NCBI RefSeq assembly: GCF_002483235.1
Contig: NZ_DLHN01000026.1
Location: 113,197 to 177,196 of the forward strand
DNA: 64,000 bases
Direction of reading: 5' to 3'
From: Pedobacter glucosidilyticus
GTDB taxonomy: Bacteria > Bacteroidota > Bacteroidia > Sphingobacteriales > Sphingobacteriaceae
In this document: piece after piece, positions 38,524 through 47,845 of the stretch
How the letters are laid out: each line of letters begins with the position of its first letter
Position numbering within the stretch: the first letter of the stretch is position 1
Position numbers and translations under genes: made by a program
Notes under the pieces: generated by a model
What the model was told of the DNA's origin: nothing
Databases searched by the model: none
Seen by the model: only the letters and a program-made list of their open reading frames with translations

Positions 38524-39711
38524 ATGAAATATTTTAAACTGATTCTTACGTTAGCCTTATTTAATAATGCTGCTTTTGCACAAAAAGTAAGCATTAAAAA
38601 GGCTTTTAAACATGCCGAAAAGCAAACAGCAGTCATGCTTACAGAAGTAGAAAGGGCTAAAGCTAAAACAACCAATAAGAAGTTAGTATCGCCACGTACC
38701 ATAGAAAATGGCGAGTTAAAATTGGTGGCTTCAAGAGATTGGACAAGTGGTTTCTTCCCGGGTGTACTTTGGTTTTTACATGAGAACAATAAGAAAAATA
38801 ATACTTGGGTTACAGAAGCTAAAAAGTTTACTGCCGATATTGAAGAAGAAAAAACAAACGGAACAACCCACGATATGGGTTTTAAAGTTTATTGCAGCTT
38901 TGGAACAGGTTATAGGTTAACAAATGATCCACATTATAAAGATGTGATAATACAATCTGCAAAAACTTTAATGACCAGGTTTAACCCTAAAACTGGGGCT
39001 ATTTTATCTTGGGATCATAGTAGAGATAAATGGGTAAACCCCGTAATTATTGATAACATGATGAACCTGGAATTGCTTTTTGCAGCTACCAAATTAACTG
39101 GCGATTCTTCTTTTTACAAAGTAGCGGTTACCCATGCTAATACGACTATGAAAAACCATTTTAGACCAGATTATAGCTCGTACCACGTAATAGATTATGA
39201 CCCAAATACAGGTGCGGTGCTTAAGAAAAATACGCATCAAGGATATTTTCACGAATCCGCATGGTCTAGAGGGCAAGCTTGGGCATTATATGGCTATACT
39301 TTATGTTACAGAGAAACTAAAAACCCAGCTTATTTAGCACAGGCAGAAAACATCGCGAAGTTTTACCTTAACCATAAAAACCTACCAGAAGATTTAGTGC
39401 CTTACTGCGATTTTGATTCTAAAAAAATACCCAACGAAGCTCGTGATGCATCGGCAGCAGCTATCGTAGCGTCTAGCTTGTACGAGTTAAGTACTTATGC
39501 ACCAGATAAGAAGTCGTATTATCAGCAAAAAGCAGATAAAATGCTACATAGTTTAAGTACAAAATACACCGCTCCGGTGGGCGAGGCTAAAGGTTTTATC
39601 TTGCTTCATAGTACAGGTGCTGCACCTTCTAACAGCGAGGTTGATGTGCCTTTAAACTATGCAGATTACTATTATCTAGAAGCTTTATTAAGAAAAAGAC
39701 AGTTAAAATAA
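38524..39711 (+). CDS. GH88 unsaturated glucuronyl hydrolase
   Basis: Signal peptide. 'RDWTSGFFPGVLW', 'THDMGF' and 'WSRGQAWALYGY' are typical of GH88. Confidence 0.85.
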   Translation: MKYFKLILTLALFNNAAFAQKVSIKKAFKHAEKQTAVMLTEVERAKAKTTNKKLVSPRTIENGELKLVASRDWTSGFFPGVLWFLHENNKKNNTWVTEAKKFTADIEEEKTNGTTHDMGFKVYCSFGTGYRLTNDPHYKDVIIQSAKTLMTRFNPKTGAILSWDHSRDKWVNPVIIDNMMNLELLFAATKLTGDSSFYKVAVTHANTTMKNHFRPDYSSYHVIDYDPNTGAVLKKNTHQGYFHESAWSRGQAWALYGYTLCYRETKNPAYLAQAENIAKFYLNHKNLPEDLVPYCDFDSKKIPNEARDASAAAIVASSLYELSTYAPDKKSYYQQKADKMLHSLSTKYTAPVGEAKGFILLHSTGAAPSNSEVDVPLNYADYYYLEALLRKRQLK

Positions 39712-40076
39712 GTTGATCATCTACCTATGAAAAACATTGTTTTTAGCTGCAAAAATCTGCCAAAATAACTTACTTAATAGCTAATTGCTCCTACCATTTT
39801 AAGCTAAAATTACTGTTTATTTGATTTAATCAATTTTAAATCTTGCTTTAGTGCAACATGCATTTTAGCATATAAATGGCCTAAAGATTTTTGATTATAG
39901 TTTATTGAAATGATACGCTTTAAGTTCTTGAAACAGGCTTTCATGCGAATTTAAAATATAGAAAGAAGTTGCTCCTCATCAAGGTGTTAAGTTCCGGGGT
40001 ATTTATCACTCTTGGTTTAGTAACTTCTTTTTTAAAGGCTTAATAACCTACAAACAGTAATAATGATAACAAGCTT

Positions 40077-41618
40077 ATGATGTTAAAAAAGTTCTTTCAA
40101 CTAGCTTTCCTGTTGATACTCACCAGTCAAATTTCCTTGGCCCAACAAACCATCAATGTTTTACAGTATGGCGTAGTTGCAGATACCAATGTGGTTAGCA
40201 CTAAGGCCATCCAAAAGTTAATTGATGATTATAGTAAAAAAGGTGGGGCTGTTTTATATTTCCCTGCTGGCCAATATGTTTCGGGTACTATTTTATTGAA
40301 AGATAATATCACCATTTCTCTATCAGAAAAAACAGAGCTATTGGGCAGTAAAAACATTGCTGATTACCAAATGGTAGACGCTTTTAAAACCGGTAACGGA
40401 GCATTAATGGGTTATTGTTTTATTGGTGCTGTTGATGCTAAAAATGTAGGTATTATTGGTGGTGGAACCATCAATGGTAGAGGTAAAGATGTTTTAGCAT
40501 CTGGCGGAAGAGGAAGAAGACCTTTCTTGGTGAGGTTTGTAAGAAGTACAGGTATTGTGGTTAAAGATGTAAAATTGATTAATTCTACCGCGTGGACTAC
40601 CCACTTTTTTGCATGTAAGGGGATAGATATATCTGGTGTTACCATTAAAAGTAGAGGTTTAGGTAATAATGATGGTTTTGACATTGATTGCTCACAAGAC
40701 GTAAAAATTTTCAATTGCGATATTGATACTGGTGATGATGGCCTTTGCTTTAAAACTACCTGGAGCCAAATGGCTTGTAAAAATATAGAAGTTAAAGGCT
40801 TAAGAATTACCAGCAACCACGGCGGTATAAAGTTTGGTACCGAGTCTATGGCGCCTTTCGAAAACATCAAAATATCTGATGTTTATATTTATGATACCAG
40901 AAACGGTGGCATTAAAATTAACAGTGTTGATGGTGCACAAATACGTAATGTAGAAATTTCTAACATCACCATGAATAATGTGCGTACCCCTATGCTCATT
41001 AGATTGGGTTCTCGTCTCAATGTATTTAGAAAGGATAGTGATACCCAACAAAAAACCGGAGTAATAGAAAATGTAACCATTAGAAATGTAAGTGCAAAAG
41101 CGGCAAATCCAGCGCAAATAGATCCACCAAGTGGTATTTTAATTACTGGTGTACCGGGGCATGATATTAAAAATCTAACCTTAGAAAATATAGACATTAG
41201 AATAGCAGGAGGTGGTAATGCCAAACATGCCCGCCAAGTGGTGCCAGAGGCAGAAACCGCTTATCCAGAAATCAGTGCTTTTAAACCAACTATTCCAGCT
41301 TATGGTATTTGGGTCAGACATGTATCGGGTTTAACCCTGAAAAATATAAGTTTTACGGTTGATAGTGCCGATTTAAGACCAGCTTTTATTATTGAAGATG
41401 GTAAAAACGTAAATATCTCTAACAGCCAAGTTCCAACTTTTGAAGGTGCAGAAGCGGTAATCAGGTTAGAAAATGTACAAACCGCAAATGTTACTGAAAT
41501 CAGTACAACTGGAAAAGCAAAATCATTAATAAGGGTAGAAGGTAAAAGTGCTGATGTTAAAGCCTCAAAAAACAAGTTTGGCGAGATAGTTAAAGAAATA
41601 GAAATTATTAAACCTTAA
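40077..41618 (+). CDS. GH28 family glycoside hydrolase (second copy, divergent)
   Basis: Signal peptide. Motifs NNDGFDIDCS, TGDDGLCFKT, NHGGIKFGTE, GGIKINSVDG. Confidence 0.85.
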   Translation: MMLKKFFQLAFLLILTSQISLAQQTINVLQYGVVADTNVVSTKAIQKLIDDYSKKGGAVLYFPAGQYVSGTILLKDNITISLSEKTELLGSKNIADYQMVDAFKTGNGALMGYCFIGAVDAKNVGIIGGGTINGRGKDVLASGGRGRRPFLVRFVRSTGIVVKDVKLINSTAWTTHFFACKGIDISGVTIKSRGLGNNDGFDIDCSQDVKIFNCDIDTGDDGLCFKTTWSQMACKNIEVKGLRITSNHGGIKFGTESMAPFENIKISDVYIYDTRNGGIKINSVDGAQIRNVEISNITMNNVRTPMLIRLGSRLNVFRKDSDTQQKTGVIENVTIRNVSAKAANPAQIDPPSGILITGVPGHDIKNLTLENIDIRIAGGGNAKHARQVVPEAETAYPEISAFKPTIPAYGIWVRHVSGLTLKNISFTVDSADLRPAFIIEDGKNVNISNSQVPTFEGAEAVIRLENVQTANVTEISTTGKAKSLIRVEGKSADVKASKNKFGEIVKEIEIIKP

Positions 41619-41631
41619 TCATAGTATAACC

Positions 41632-42630
41632 ATGAAGTTTTCTTTAAAAGTATTTATCATTTTACTGCTTGTAGCTTCCAGTAAAGCTACCATAGCACAA
41701 GAACAAGCTTTTGAGAGCATCAAGAATTTTATTAAACCAGCAAAAAAGGATGGAGGTTTAAAGTTAAGTCAGTATTTTTTATGGTGCCCATCGGTTATTA
41801 AAGTTGGCAATACTTACCACCTATTTGCTTCTGCATGGCCAGCAGAAGGTGGTATGGCAAGCTGGACAGCTAAGTCTTTATGTATCAGGGCAACCTCAAA
41901 AAACCTTTTAGGGCCTTATGAATTTGCTGAAGTGGTGTTAGATAAAAGAGAAGGCAAATGGGATAATGATAGGGTGCATAATCCTAAGATAGTTAAAGTT
42001 GGTAATAAATATGTATTGTATTATATATCATCAGCCAATGAAACAGGTTATGCAGAAGCTGATGCCATTACTGGTCCATGGACAAGGTCTGAAAAGATGA
42101 TGAGTTTTAGCAATCCAGCTCCATTGGTGAGACCCGATGGTAGCGTTTATGTTTTTGGTAGATTATCTGTTAAAATTGGTGATAAGCAAGTGCGCACAGC
42201 CAGAGCAGCAGAAGCTAAAAGTTATCAAGGTCCTTATCAAAACTTAGCCCCTGAAAAAGAAAATCTTTTCCCTAACAATTACGAATTAGAAGACCCAACC
42301 ATTTGGTGGGCAAATAACCAATATAATGTCATCTGTACAGATTTTGCAGGTGTGGCTACGGGTAGAAATAAAGTGGGTGTTCAGTATTATTCTAAAGATG
42401 GTATCAACTATCAATTACTAACTAAAGAACCTATCAGTACCAATGAGATTACTTATGATGATGGTAGTAAAGAAAAATTTAAAAGGGTAGAAAGACCTTT
42501 TGCTTATGTAGAAAATGGTGTAGTAAAAGCTTACTTTTTAGGGTGTATGACACCTGATGATAAAGGTGTAATTGTAGCTCATCCTGTTGATGATTATGTA
42601 CCTGGGAAATCATCACCTAAAAAGAAATAA
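41632..42630 (+). CDS. Secreted beta-propeller protein, GH43/GH117-like (family unverified)
   Basis: Signal peptide. Blade-like 'WCPSVIKVGNTYHLFAS' and 'HNPKIVKVGNKYVLYY', and 'ELEDPTIWW' with a candidate acidic catalytic residue. Confidence 0.5.
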   Translation: MKFSLKVFIILLLVASSKATIAQEQAFESIKNFIKPAKKDGGLKLSQYFLWCPSVIKVGNTYHLFASAWPAEGGMASWTAKSLCIRATSKNLLGPYEFAEVVLDKREGKWDNDRVHNPKIVKVGNKYVLYYISSANETGYAEADAITGPWTRSEKMMSFSNPAPLVRPDGSVYVFGRLSVKIGDKQVRTARAAEAKSYQGPYQNLAPEKENLFPNNYELEDPTIWWANNQYNVICTDFAGVATGRNKVGVQYYSKDGINYQLLTKEPISTNEITYDDGSKEKFKRVERPFAYVENGVVKAYFLGCMTPDDKGVIVAHPVDDYVPGKSSPKKK

Positions 42631-42640
42631 TAGAAAGGTT

Positions 42641-43627
42641 ATGAAGATTAAAGCAGCGCTTTTTTTCTTATGCTTAAGTATAGCAAAAGCTTATACGCAA
42701 GAGCTTATTACCGAGCCAACAACACCTGCTGTTTTACCTGGTAAAGGGCTTAAGCAATATGATTTCTTGTATGCCGGCGAGCAAAAGCATAGGAATATGT
42801 ATATCGTTAAAAACGGCGAAATTGTATGGTCTTATATAGATACTTTAGGTAAGGGAGAAATAAGCGATGCCGTTTTAATGTCTAATGGAAATATTGTTTT
42901 TGCACATCAACATGGTTTAGCTGTGATAGATAAAAACAAGAATTTCTTATGGAAGTTGAGTTGTCCCAAAGGAACAGAAATACACACCGCACAGCCTATC
43001 GGGAAAGAGCATGTGATATTTATAGAAAACTCCAATCAACCTAAAGTAAGGGTGGTAAATATCCGTACTGGGGATTTTGTAAAGGAATTTGCTATACCTG
43101 TAAAAGACACATCCAGAGCGCATATTCAGTTTAGGCATGCTCGTTTAACCAAAAGAGGAACTTATTTGGTTGCACACATGGATTTAAGTAAAATCATAGA
43201 ATATGACAGCAACGGTAAGCAACTTTTAAATCTCGATTTCCCTACACCTTGGTCTGTAGAAGAACTAACCAATGGTAATTTATTAGCGGTTTGCAATAAG
43301 AATTTCATCAGAGAAATAACCAGAGAAGGTAAAACGGTATGGGAATTAAAACCCGAAGATTTAACAGGTTACAGGATTTTTGGGATGCAGATGGCCTATC
43401 GCCTACCAAATGGAAATACTTTAATTAACAATTGGTTTAACCAATGGAAAAAATATAAGATAGAGCCTCAAAATTTACCCGCTCAATTTCTAGAAGTTAC
43501 ACCAGATAAGAAAGTGGTTTGGGCTTTAAAAGAATGGCTTGCTCCTTTCAATTTAGGTCCATCAACCATCATACAATTTTTAAATGATGATAAAGCGGAG
43601 GATGTTAGGTTTGGTAATATTAAATAA
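42641..43627 (+). CDS. Secreted beta-propeller repeat protein, unknown function
   Basis: The start was moved to the ATG at 42641 (MKIKAALFFLCLSIAKAYTQ). Repeating 'NG(N/E)I(V/L)…' blade segments. No catalytic motif was recognised. Confidence 0.6.
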   Translation: MKIKAALFFLCLSIAKAYTQELITEPTTPAVLPGKGLKQYDFLYAGEQKHRNMYIVKNGEIVWSYIDTLGKGEISDAVLMSNGNIVFAHQHGLAVIDKNKNFLWKLSCPKGTEIHTAQPIGKEHVIFIENSNQPKVRVVNIRTGDFVKEFAIPVKDTSRAHIQFRHARLTKRGTYLVAHMDLSKIIEYDSNGKQLLNLDFPTPWSVEELTNGNLLAVCNKNFIREITREGKTVWELKPEDLTGYRIFGMQMAYRLPNGNTLINNWFNQWKKYKIEPQNLPAQFLEVTPDKKVVWALKEWLAPFNLGPSTIIQFLNDDKAEDVRFGNIK

Positions 43628-43631
43628 GCAA

Positions 43632-44273
43632 ATGATGAGAATTTTAAGCCTTATTGTAATTTTTATTTGTTTTGGTTTTCTATCTCAGGCAACAGCCCAA
43701 ATAGGAAAAAATTGGTTACCTTATTATCCAGAAACCAAATTGCAGCAAGAAAATAGCACTCAACATTCAAGTTATACCAATGAGAATGGGGTAGAAAGTT
43801 TTAAACTGTGGCTAAATCCAGCTACAGATGCAAACGGGAAAGCTGTTAGACAACGTTGCGAGATTAGGGTGATGGATGACTACACCGCTGGGCAAACACA
43901 ATTTGAAGGTGAATTTTATATCACCAAAGCCGGCGGACCAGAGCGTAATGATGATGTTTGTATCATGCAAGTTTGGCTTAGCCATATCGTTTCTGTGAGT
44001 GATTTAGATAATGGCTCTGTACACTACAAAGGCAAACAAGTAATCAATAATCTTAAAAATAAATGGGTAAAGCTAAATGTTATCCATAACACCAATACCA
44101 AAACAGTTGATGTTTACTTTGATGGTAAATTAACTTACACCGCCGAGGCTAAAGACTCTAACCCTTATTATCATAAATACGGTTTGTATAACGAGGCTGA
44201 TGCTAACCCAGAAATCAAGTGGAGAAATATTAAATATTTCAAAACAGAAGACACTGTGATAAACTCCAAATAA
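43632..44273 (+). CDS. Secreted beta-jelly-roll protein with PL7-like motif pattern (paralog of 21481..22263)
   Basis: The start was moved to the ATG at 43632 (MMRILSLIVIFICFGFLSQATAQ). 'QIGKNW' follows the signal peptide as in the paralog. Motifs 'RCEIRV', 'QFEGEFYI', 'IMQVWLSH', 'YHKYGLYNE', 'KWRNIKYF'. Confidence 0.45.
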   Translation: MMRILSLIVIFICFGFLSQATAQIGKNWLPYYPETKLQQENSTQHSSYTNENGVESFKLWLNPATDANGKAVRQRCEIRVMDDYTAGQTQFEGEFYITKAGGPERNDDVCIMQVWLSHIVSVSDLDNGSVHYKGKQVINNLKNKWVKLNVIHNTNTKTVDVYFDGKLTYTAEAKDSNPYYHKYGLYNEADANPEIKWRNIKYFKTEDTVINSK

Positions 44274-44294
44274 ATTCATCAAAAGGAAAATTTA

Positions 44295-45923
44295 ATGAAA
44301 AGACGTAATTTTTTAAGAAACAGTTTAGGTTTAACAGCTGGAGCACTTTTATCAACTAAAATGGCTAAAAGTTTGAGCTTTTTAGCGCAAGAAGAACAGC
44401 CTTTTTATGCTTCATTAAGTGGTAAGTTTTCAAGATATTCTCACCGTTTACCAAAAACAGATCAAAACTACAAAAGGTCAAAAAATTATATAGAAGACAA
44501 TCCTATTCCAGAATATTCTTGGGCATCTGATGAAGCTTATGAAGCATTTCAGGATATGAAATATGGGGTTAGAATACACTGGGGTTTATATTCTATCTTA
44601 GAAATGGGTGGCGAGTCGTGGCCGTTTTTAGGAAACCGAGAGCCTGCTTTTGATTTCCAGAAAAGACAAGAATATCAAGAACTCTACAAAACATGGAATC
44701 CTAAAGGTTTTGATGCTAACGAGTGGATGGAGTTTTTCAAAGAAAGCGGTATGAAAATGTTTGCTTTTACCACCAAGCATCACGAAGGTTTTTCTATGTA
44801 TGATACTAAAACCAGAGTTAAACGTCGTCCTAATTGGACTGCTCCAGGTGGTCCTAAAATAGAAGAGTGTGATACCACTTACAGCATCATGGATACACCT
44901 TTTAAAAGGGATGTTGTAAAAGAACTGTGTGATGCCGCCCGTGAACATGATATCAAAATAGATTTATACTATTCACATTCTGATTGGTACGATGCAGATT
45001 TTAGACCTTATGGTTATCACCCATTACAAATTCCTTCTAGCGAAGAGTGGTGCAAAGCCAAGGCAGATGACGAAGAATTTACTGAATTTGAAAGATCTAA
45101 GCAAAGGCAAAAAGCATTTTTAACCATTGTGCCAAATCCTACTCCGGAAGAAGAAGCCGCTATGATTGCCAGACACCGGGCACAATTAACAGAGCTACTT
45201 TCCAATTATGGTAAAGTAGACATGGTTTGCTTGGATATTTGGCTTGGTCCAAGAGTGTGGCCACAGCTCAGACAAACCCTCTTAGAGCTTAGAAAAATAC
45301 AACCTAATGTGATGTTTAGAGCTCGTGGAATAGGTAATTATGGAGATTACTATACTCCAGAAGGTTTTGTTCCAGGTGATAAAGAAAATTCAGATTCGCC
45401 ATGGTTTGTTATTTATCCTTTAGCAGGATCTTTCTCTTATGATCCATCATCAAAAAAATATAAAGGTGCTAAATGGGTGGTAAAAAATCTTATAGACTCT
45501 GCTTCTAAAGGTGGAAACTTTATGGTAGGTATTGGGCCTGATGGAAATGGAAAATTCTCGCCAACAGCTATCAAACAACTGAAAGAAGTGGGTGCATGGT
45601 TAAAGAAAAACGGCGAAGGAATTTATGCTACCAGAGCTAGAGATGGCGAGCACTGGAAAGAAGGAGACAACATCAGGTTTACCCGTTCTAAAGACCAAAA
45701 AACCATTTATGTACATTGTTTAGATTGGCCTGGAGATCAACTGGTTTTAAAAACCGTACAGCCTAAAGCTGGGTCAAAAATTACTTGTTTAGGTAACCAA
45801 AAAACGGTCGATTGGAATTATAATACTTCAACCAAAGAATTAACCATTCAGACATCAGCAAAAGTAAGAGCGGGTATTCCTAAAAAAGAGCAAATAGCTT
45901 ACAGTTTTGCCGTACAAGTTTAA
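44295..45923 (+). CDS. GH29 alpha-L-fucosidase with twin-arginine (Tat) signal
   Basis: 'MKRRNFLRNSLGLTAGALL' is Tat-like. GH29 block 'MKMFAFTTKHHEGFSMYDT' and 'GNFMVGIGPDGNG'. Confidence 0.88.
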   Translation: MKRRNFLRNSLGLTAGALLSTKMAKSLSFLAQEEQPFYASLSGKFSRYSHRLPKTDQNYKRSKNYIEDNPIPEYSWASDEAYEAFQDMKYGVRIHWGLYSILEMGGESWPFLGNREPAFDFQKRQEYQELYKTWNPKGFDANEWMEFFKESGMKMFAFTTKHHEGFSMYDTKTRVKRRPNWTAPGGPKIEECDTTYSIMDTPFKRDVVKELCDAAREHDIKIDLYYSHSDWYDADFRPYGYHPLQIPSSEEWCKAKADDEEFTEFERSKQRQKAFLTIVPNPTPEEEAAMIARHRAQLTELLSNYGKVDMVCLDIWLGPRVWPQLRQTLLELRKIQPNVMFRARGIGNYGDYYTPEGFVPGDKENSDSPWFVIYPLAGSFSYDPSSKKYKGAKWVVKNLIDSASKGGNFMVGIGPDGNGKFSPTAIKQLKEVGAWLKKNGEGIYATRARDGEHWKEGDNIRFTRSKDQKTIYVHCLDWPGDQLVLKTVQPKAGSKITCLGNQKTVDWNYNTSTKELTIQTSAKVRAGIPKKEQIAYSFAVQV

Positions 45924-45926
45924 TTT

Positions 45927-47483
45927 ATGATGATGAGAAATAGCGTTATAAAAATATTTATCGTAGCATTTACGCTTCCTTTTGTTATACAGGCACAAAC
46001 CAGAAGTGCTGAAGAAAATGCTAAACATTATTTGCCTAAAACAGATAAGCAGTACACATATACCAGTGGGTACATAGAAGAAAACCCAGTTGCAGAATAT
46101 ACTTGGGCATCAAAAGAAGCTTATGAGGCTTTTAATGATATGAAATTTGGCGTACGTATCCATTGGGGTTTATACTCTATTATTAAACAAGAGAAAGAAT
46201 CTTGGCCTTTATTAAAACTCCCAAACGAGCAAAAGCAAGCTTATTTTGATATGTATAAAACTTGGAATCCTACAGGTTTTAATGCAGATAACTGGATGGA
46301 GTTATTTAAACAAAGCGGCATGAAAATGTTTGCTTTTACCACCAAGCATCACGAAGGTTTTTCTTTGTTTGATACTAAAACCAGAGTTAAAAAAAGGGTG
46401 AACTACACTGCCCCAGGTGGCCCGGTTATAGAAGATTGCGATGTTGCTTATAGCATTATGGAAGGCCCTTTTAAACGAGATATCGTTAAAGAACTAACCG
46501 ATGCTGCCCGTAAAAGAGATATCAAAATAGATTTATATTACTCTAACCCAGATTGGTATGATGCTGATTTTCGTCCTTATGTTTGGCATCCTTTACAAAC
46601 GCCATCTTCTGCAACTTTAGCGGTAAGAGGTAAAGATTATAAGCCAGAAGGTGCTATAGAATCTCATTATGGTAAAAACGGCCCTATCATGGCACCAGAC
46701 CCAACTCCGCAAGAAGTTGAGAGAGCCATGTTGCGTCACCGCGAGCAATTGAAAGAGCTATTAACCAATTACGGCAAAATAGATATGATTTGTTTGGATA
46801 TGTGGTTTGGTCCTGCGGTATGGCATTACCTCAGAGAAACCATGATTGAGCTACGTAAAATACAGCCCGATGTCATGTTTAGAGCCCGTGGTATAGGTAA
46901 TTACGGAGATTATTACACCCCAGAAGGTTTTGTGCCAGGAGCAAAAGAAAATACACAAGTGCCTTGGTTTGTGATATATCCTTTGGGTCGTACTTTTTCT
47001 TACGAGGCTGAAGCCGATAAGCATAAAGGAGCGAAATGGGTAGTGCAAAATATTGTAGACTGTGCTGCAAAGGGTGGTAATTTTATGGTTGGGGTTGGCC
47101 CCGATGGTGATGGTAAATTTCATCCAACAGCAGAAGCACAATTAAAGCAAACAGGTAAATGGTTAAAAACAAACGGAGAAGCTATTTACGGAACCAGAGC
47201 CCGTGAAGGCGAGCACTGGAAAGAAGGTGATAGTATCAGATTTACCCGTTCTAAAGATAGTAAAACGCTATACGCTCATAGTTTTGAGTGGCCTAATAAA
47301 GTCTTTAATCTAAAAACTGTACAGCCAGTAAAAGGCTCTAAAATCTATCTAATTGGGTCTAATCAACCTTTAAAATGGAAATATTCTACTAAGAAAGGTC
47401 TAGCTATTCAAGTTCCTGATGAGTTAAAAAATGCTATTCCTACAGAAGAGCAATTGGTTTATACATTTAAAATAGCACAGTAA
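45927..47483 (+). CDS. GH29 alpha-L-fucosidase (tandem paralog, Sec signal)
   Basis: 'MKMFAFTTKHHEGFSLFDT' and 'GNFMVGVGPDGDG'. Sec-type signal 'IFIVAFTLPFVIQAQ'. 3-nt spacing from the upstream paralog. Confidence 0.88.
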   Translation: MMMRNSVIKIFIVAFTLPFVIQAQTRSAEENAKHYLPKTDKQYTYTSGYIEENPVAEYTWASKEAYEAFNDMKFGVRIHWGLYSIIKQEKESWPLLKLPNEQKQAYFDMYKTWNPTGFNADNWMELFKQSGMKMFAFTTKHHEGFSLFDTKTRVKKRVNYTAPGGPVIEDCDVAYSIMEGPFKRDIVKELTDAARKRDIKIDLYYSNPDWYDADFRPYVWHPLQTPSSATLAVRGKDYKPEGAIESHYGKNGPIMAPDPTPQEVERAMLRHREQLKELLTNYGKIDMICLDMWFGPAVWHYLRETMIELRKIQPDVMFRARGIGNYGDYYTPEGFVPGAKENTQVPWFVIYPLGRTFSYEAEADKHKGAKWVVQNIVDCAAKGGNFMVGVGPDGDGKFHPTAEAQLKQTGKWLKTNGEAIYGTRAREGEHWKEGDSIRFTRSKDSKTLYAHSFEWPNKVFNLKTVQPVKGSKIYLIGSNQPLKWKYSTKKGLAIQVPDELKNAIPTEEQLVYTFKIAQ

Positions 47484-47487
47484 AAGC

Positions 47488-47835
47488 ATGAAAAGATATT
47501 GTTTAGCGCTCGACTTGGTAGATGATGAGAAGCTTATTGCAGAGTATGAACATTGGCACAAAGCAGAGAACGGTTGGCCCGAGATTAAAAAAAGCATTTT
47601 AGATGCACATATAACCACCATGGAGATTTACAGAACAGGTAATAGGCTCTTCATGATTATGGAAACCAGTGATGAATTTAGTTTTGACGCTAAGGCTAAA
47701 GCCGATGCCGAAAATCCTAAAGTACAAGAATGGGAAAAGTTGATGTGGAAATTTCAACAGCCACTAGCTTGGGCAAAAGAAGGTGAGAAGTGGGTACTCA
47801 TGAATAAAATATTTGAATTAAAAGCTCAATTATAA
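47488..47835 (+). CDS. RhaM-family (L-rhamnose mutarotase-like) sugar mutarotase
   Basis: 115 aa. 'YEHWHK…WPEI…I…MEIYRTGNRLFMIME' is collinear with E. coli RhaM as recalled. Substrate unknown. Confidence 0.7.
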   Translation: MKRYCLALDLVDDEKLIAEYEHWHKAENGWPEIKKSILDAHITTMEIYRTGNRLFMIMETSDEFSFDAKAKADAENPKVQEWEKLMWKFQQPLAWAKEGEKWVLMNKIFELKAQL

Positions 47836-47845
47836 AACATATACA

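Noticed and set aside
38433-38789. 118-aa minus-strand ORF across the GH31/GH88 junction
   Set aside because: It is antisense to two well-supported genes and has no motif.
39712-40076. 365-bp gap between GH88 and GH28 as a decayed gene or a terminator/promoter pair
   Set aside because: Only a ~44-codon minus-strand ORF with no motif is present. No convincing hairpin plus T-tract was found, so nothing is left to call beyond a probable internal promoter region.
40412-41575. Four minus-strand ORFs (152, 105, 111 and 91 aa) inside the second GH28 gene
   Set aside because: They overlap one another and are antisense to a gene with clear GH28 motifs. There is no independent coding evidence.
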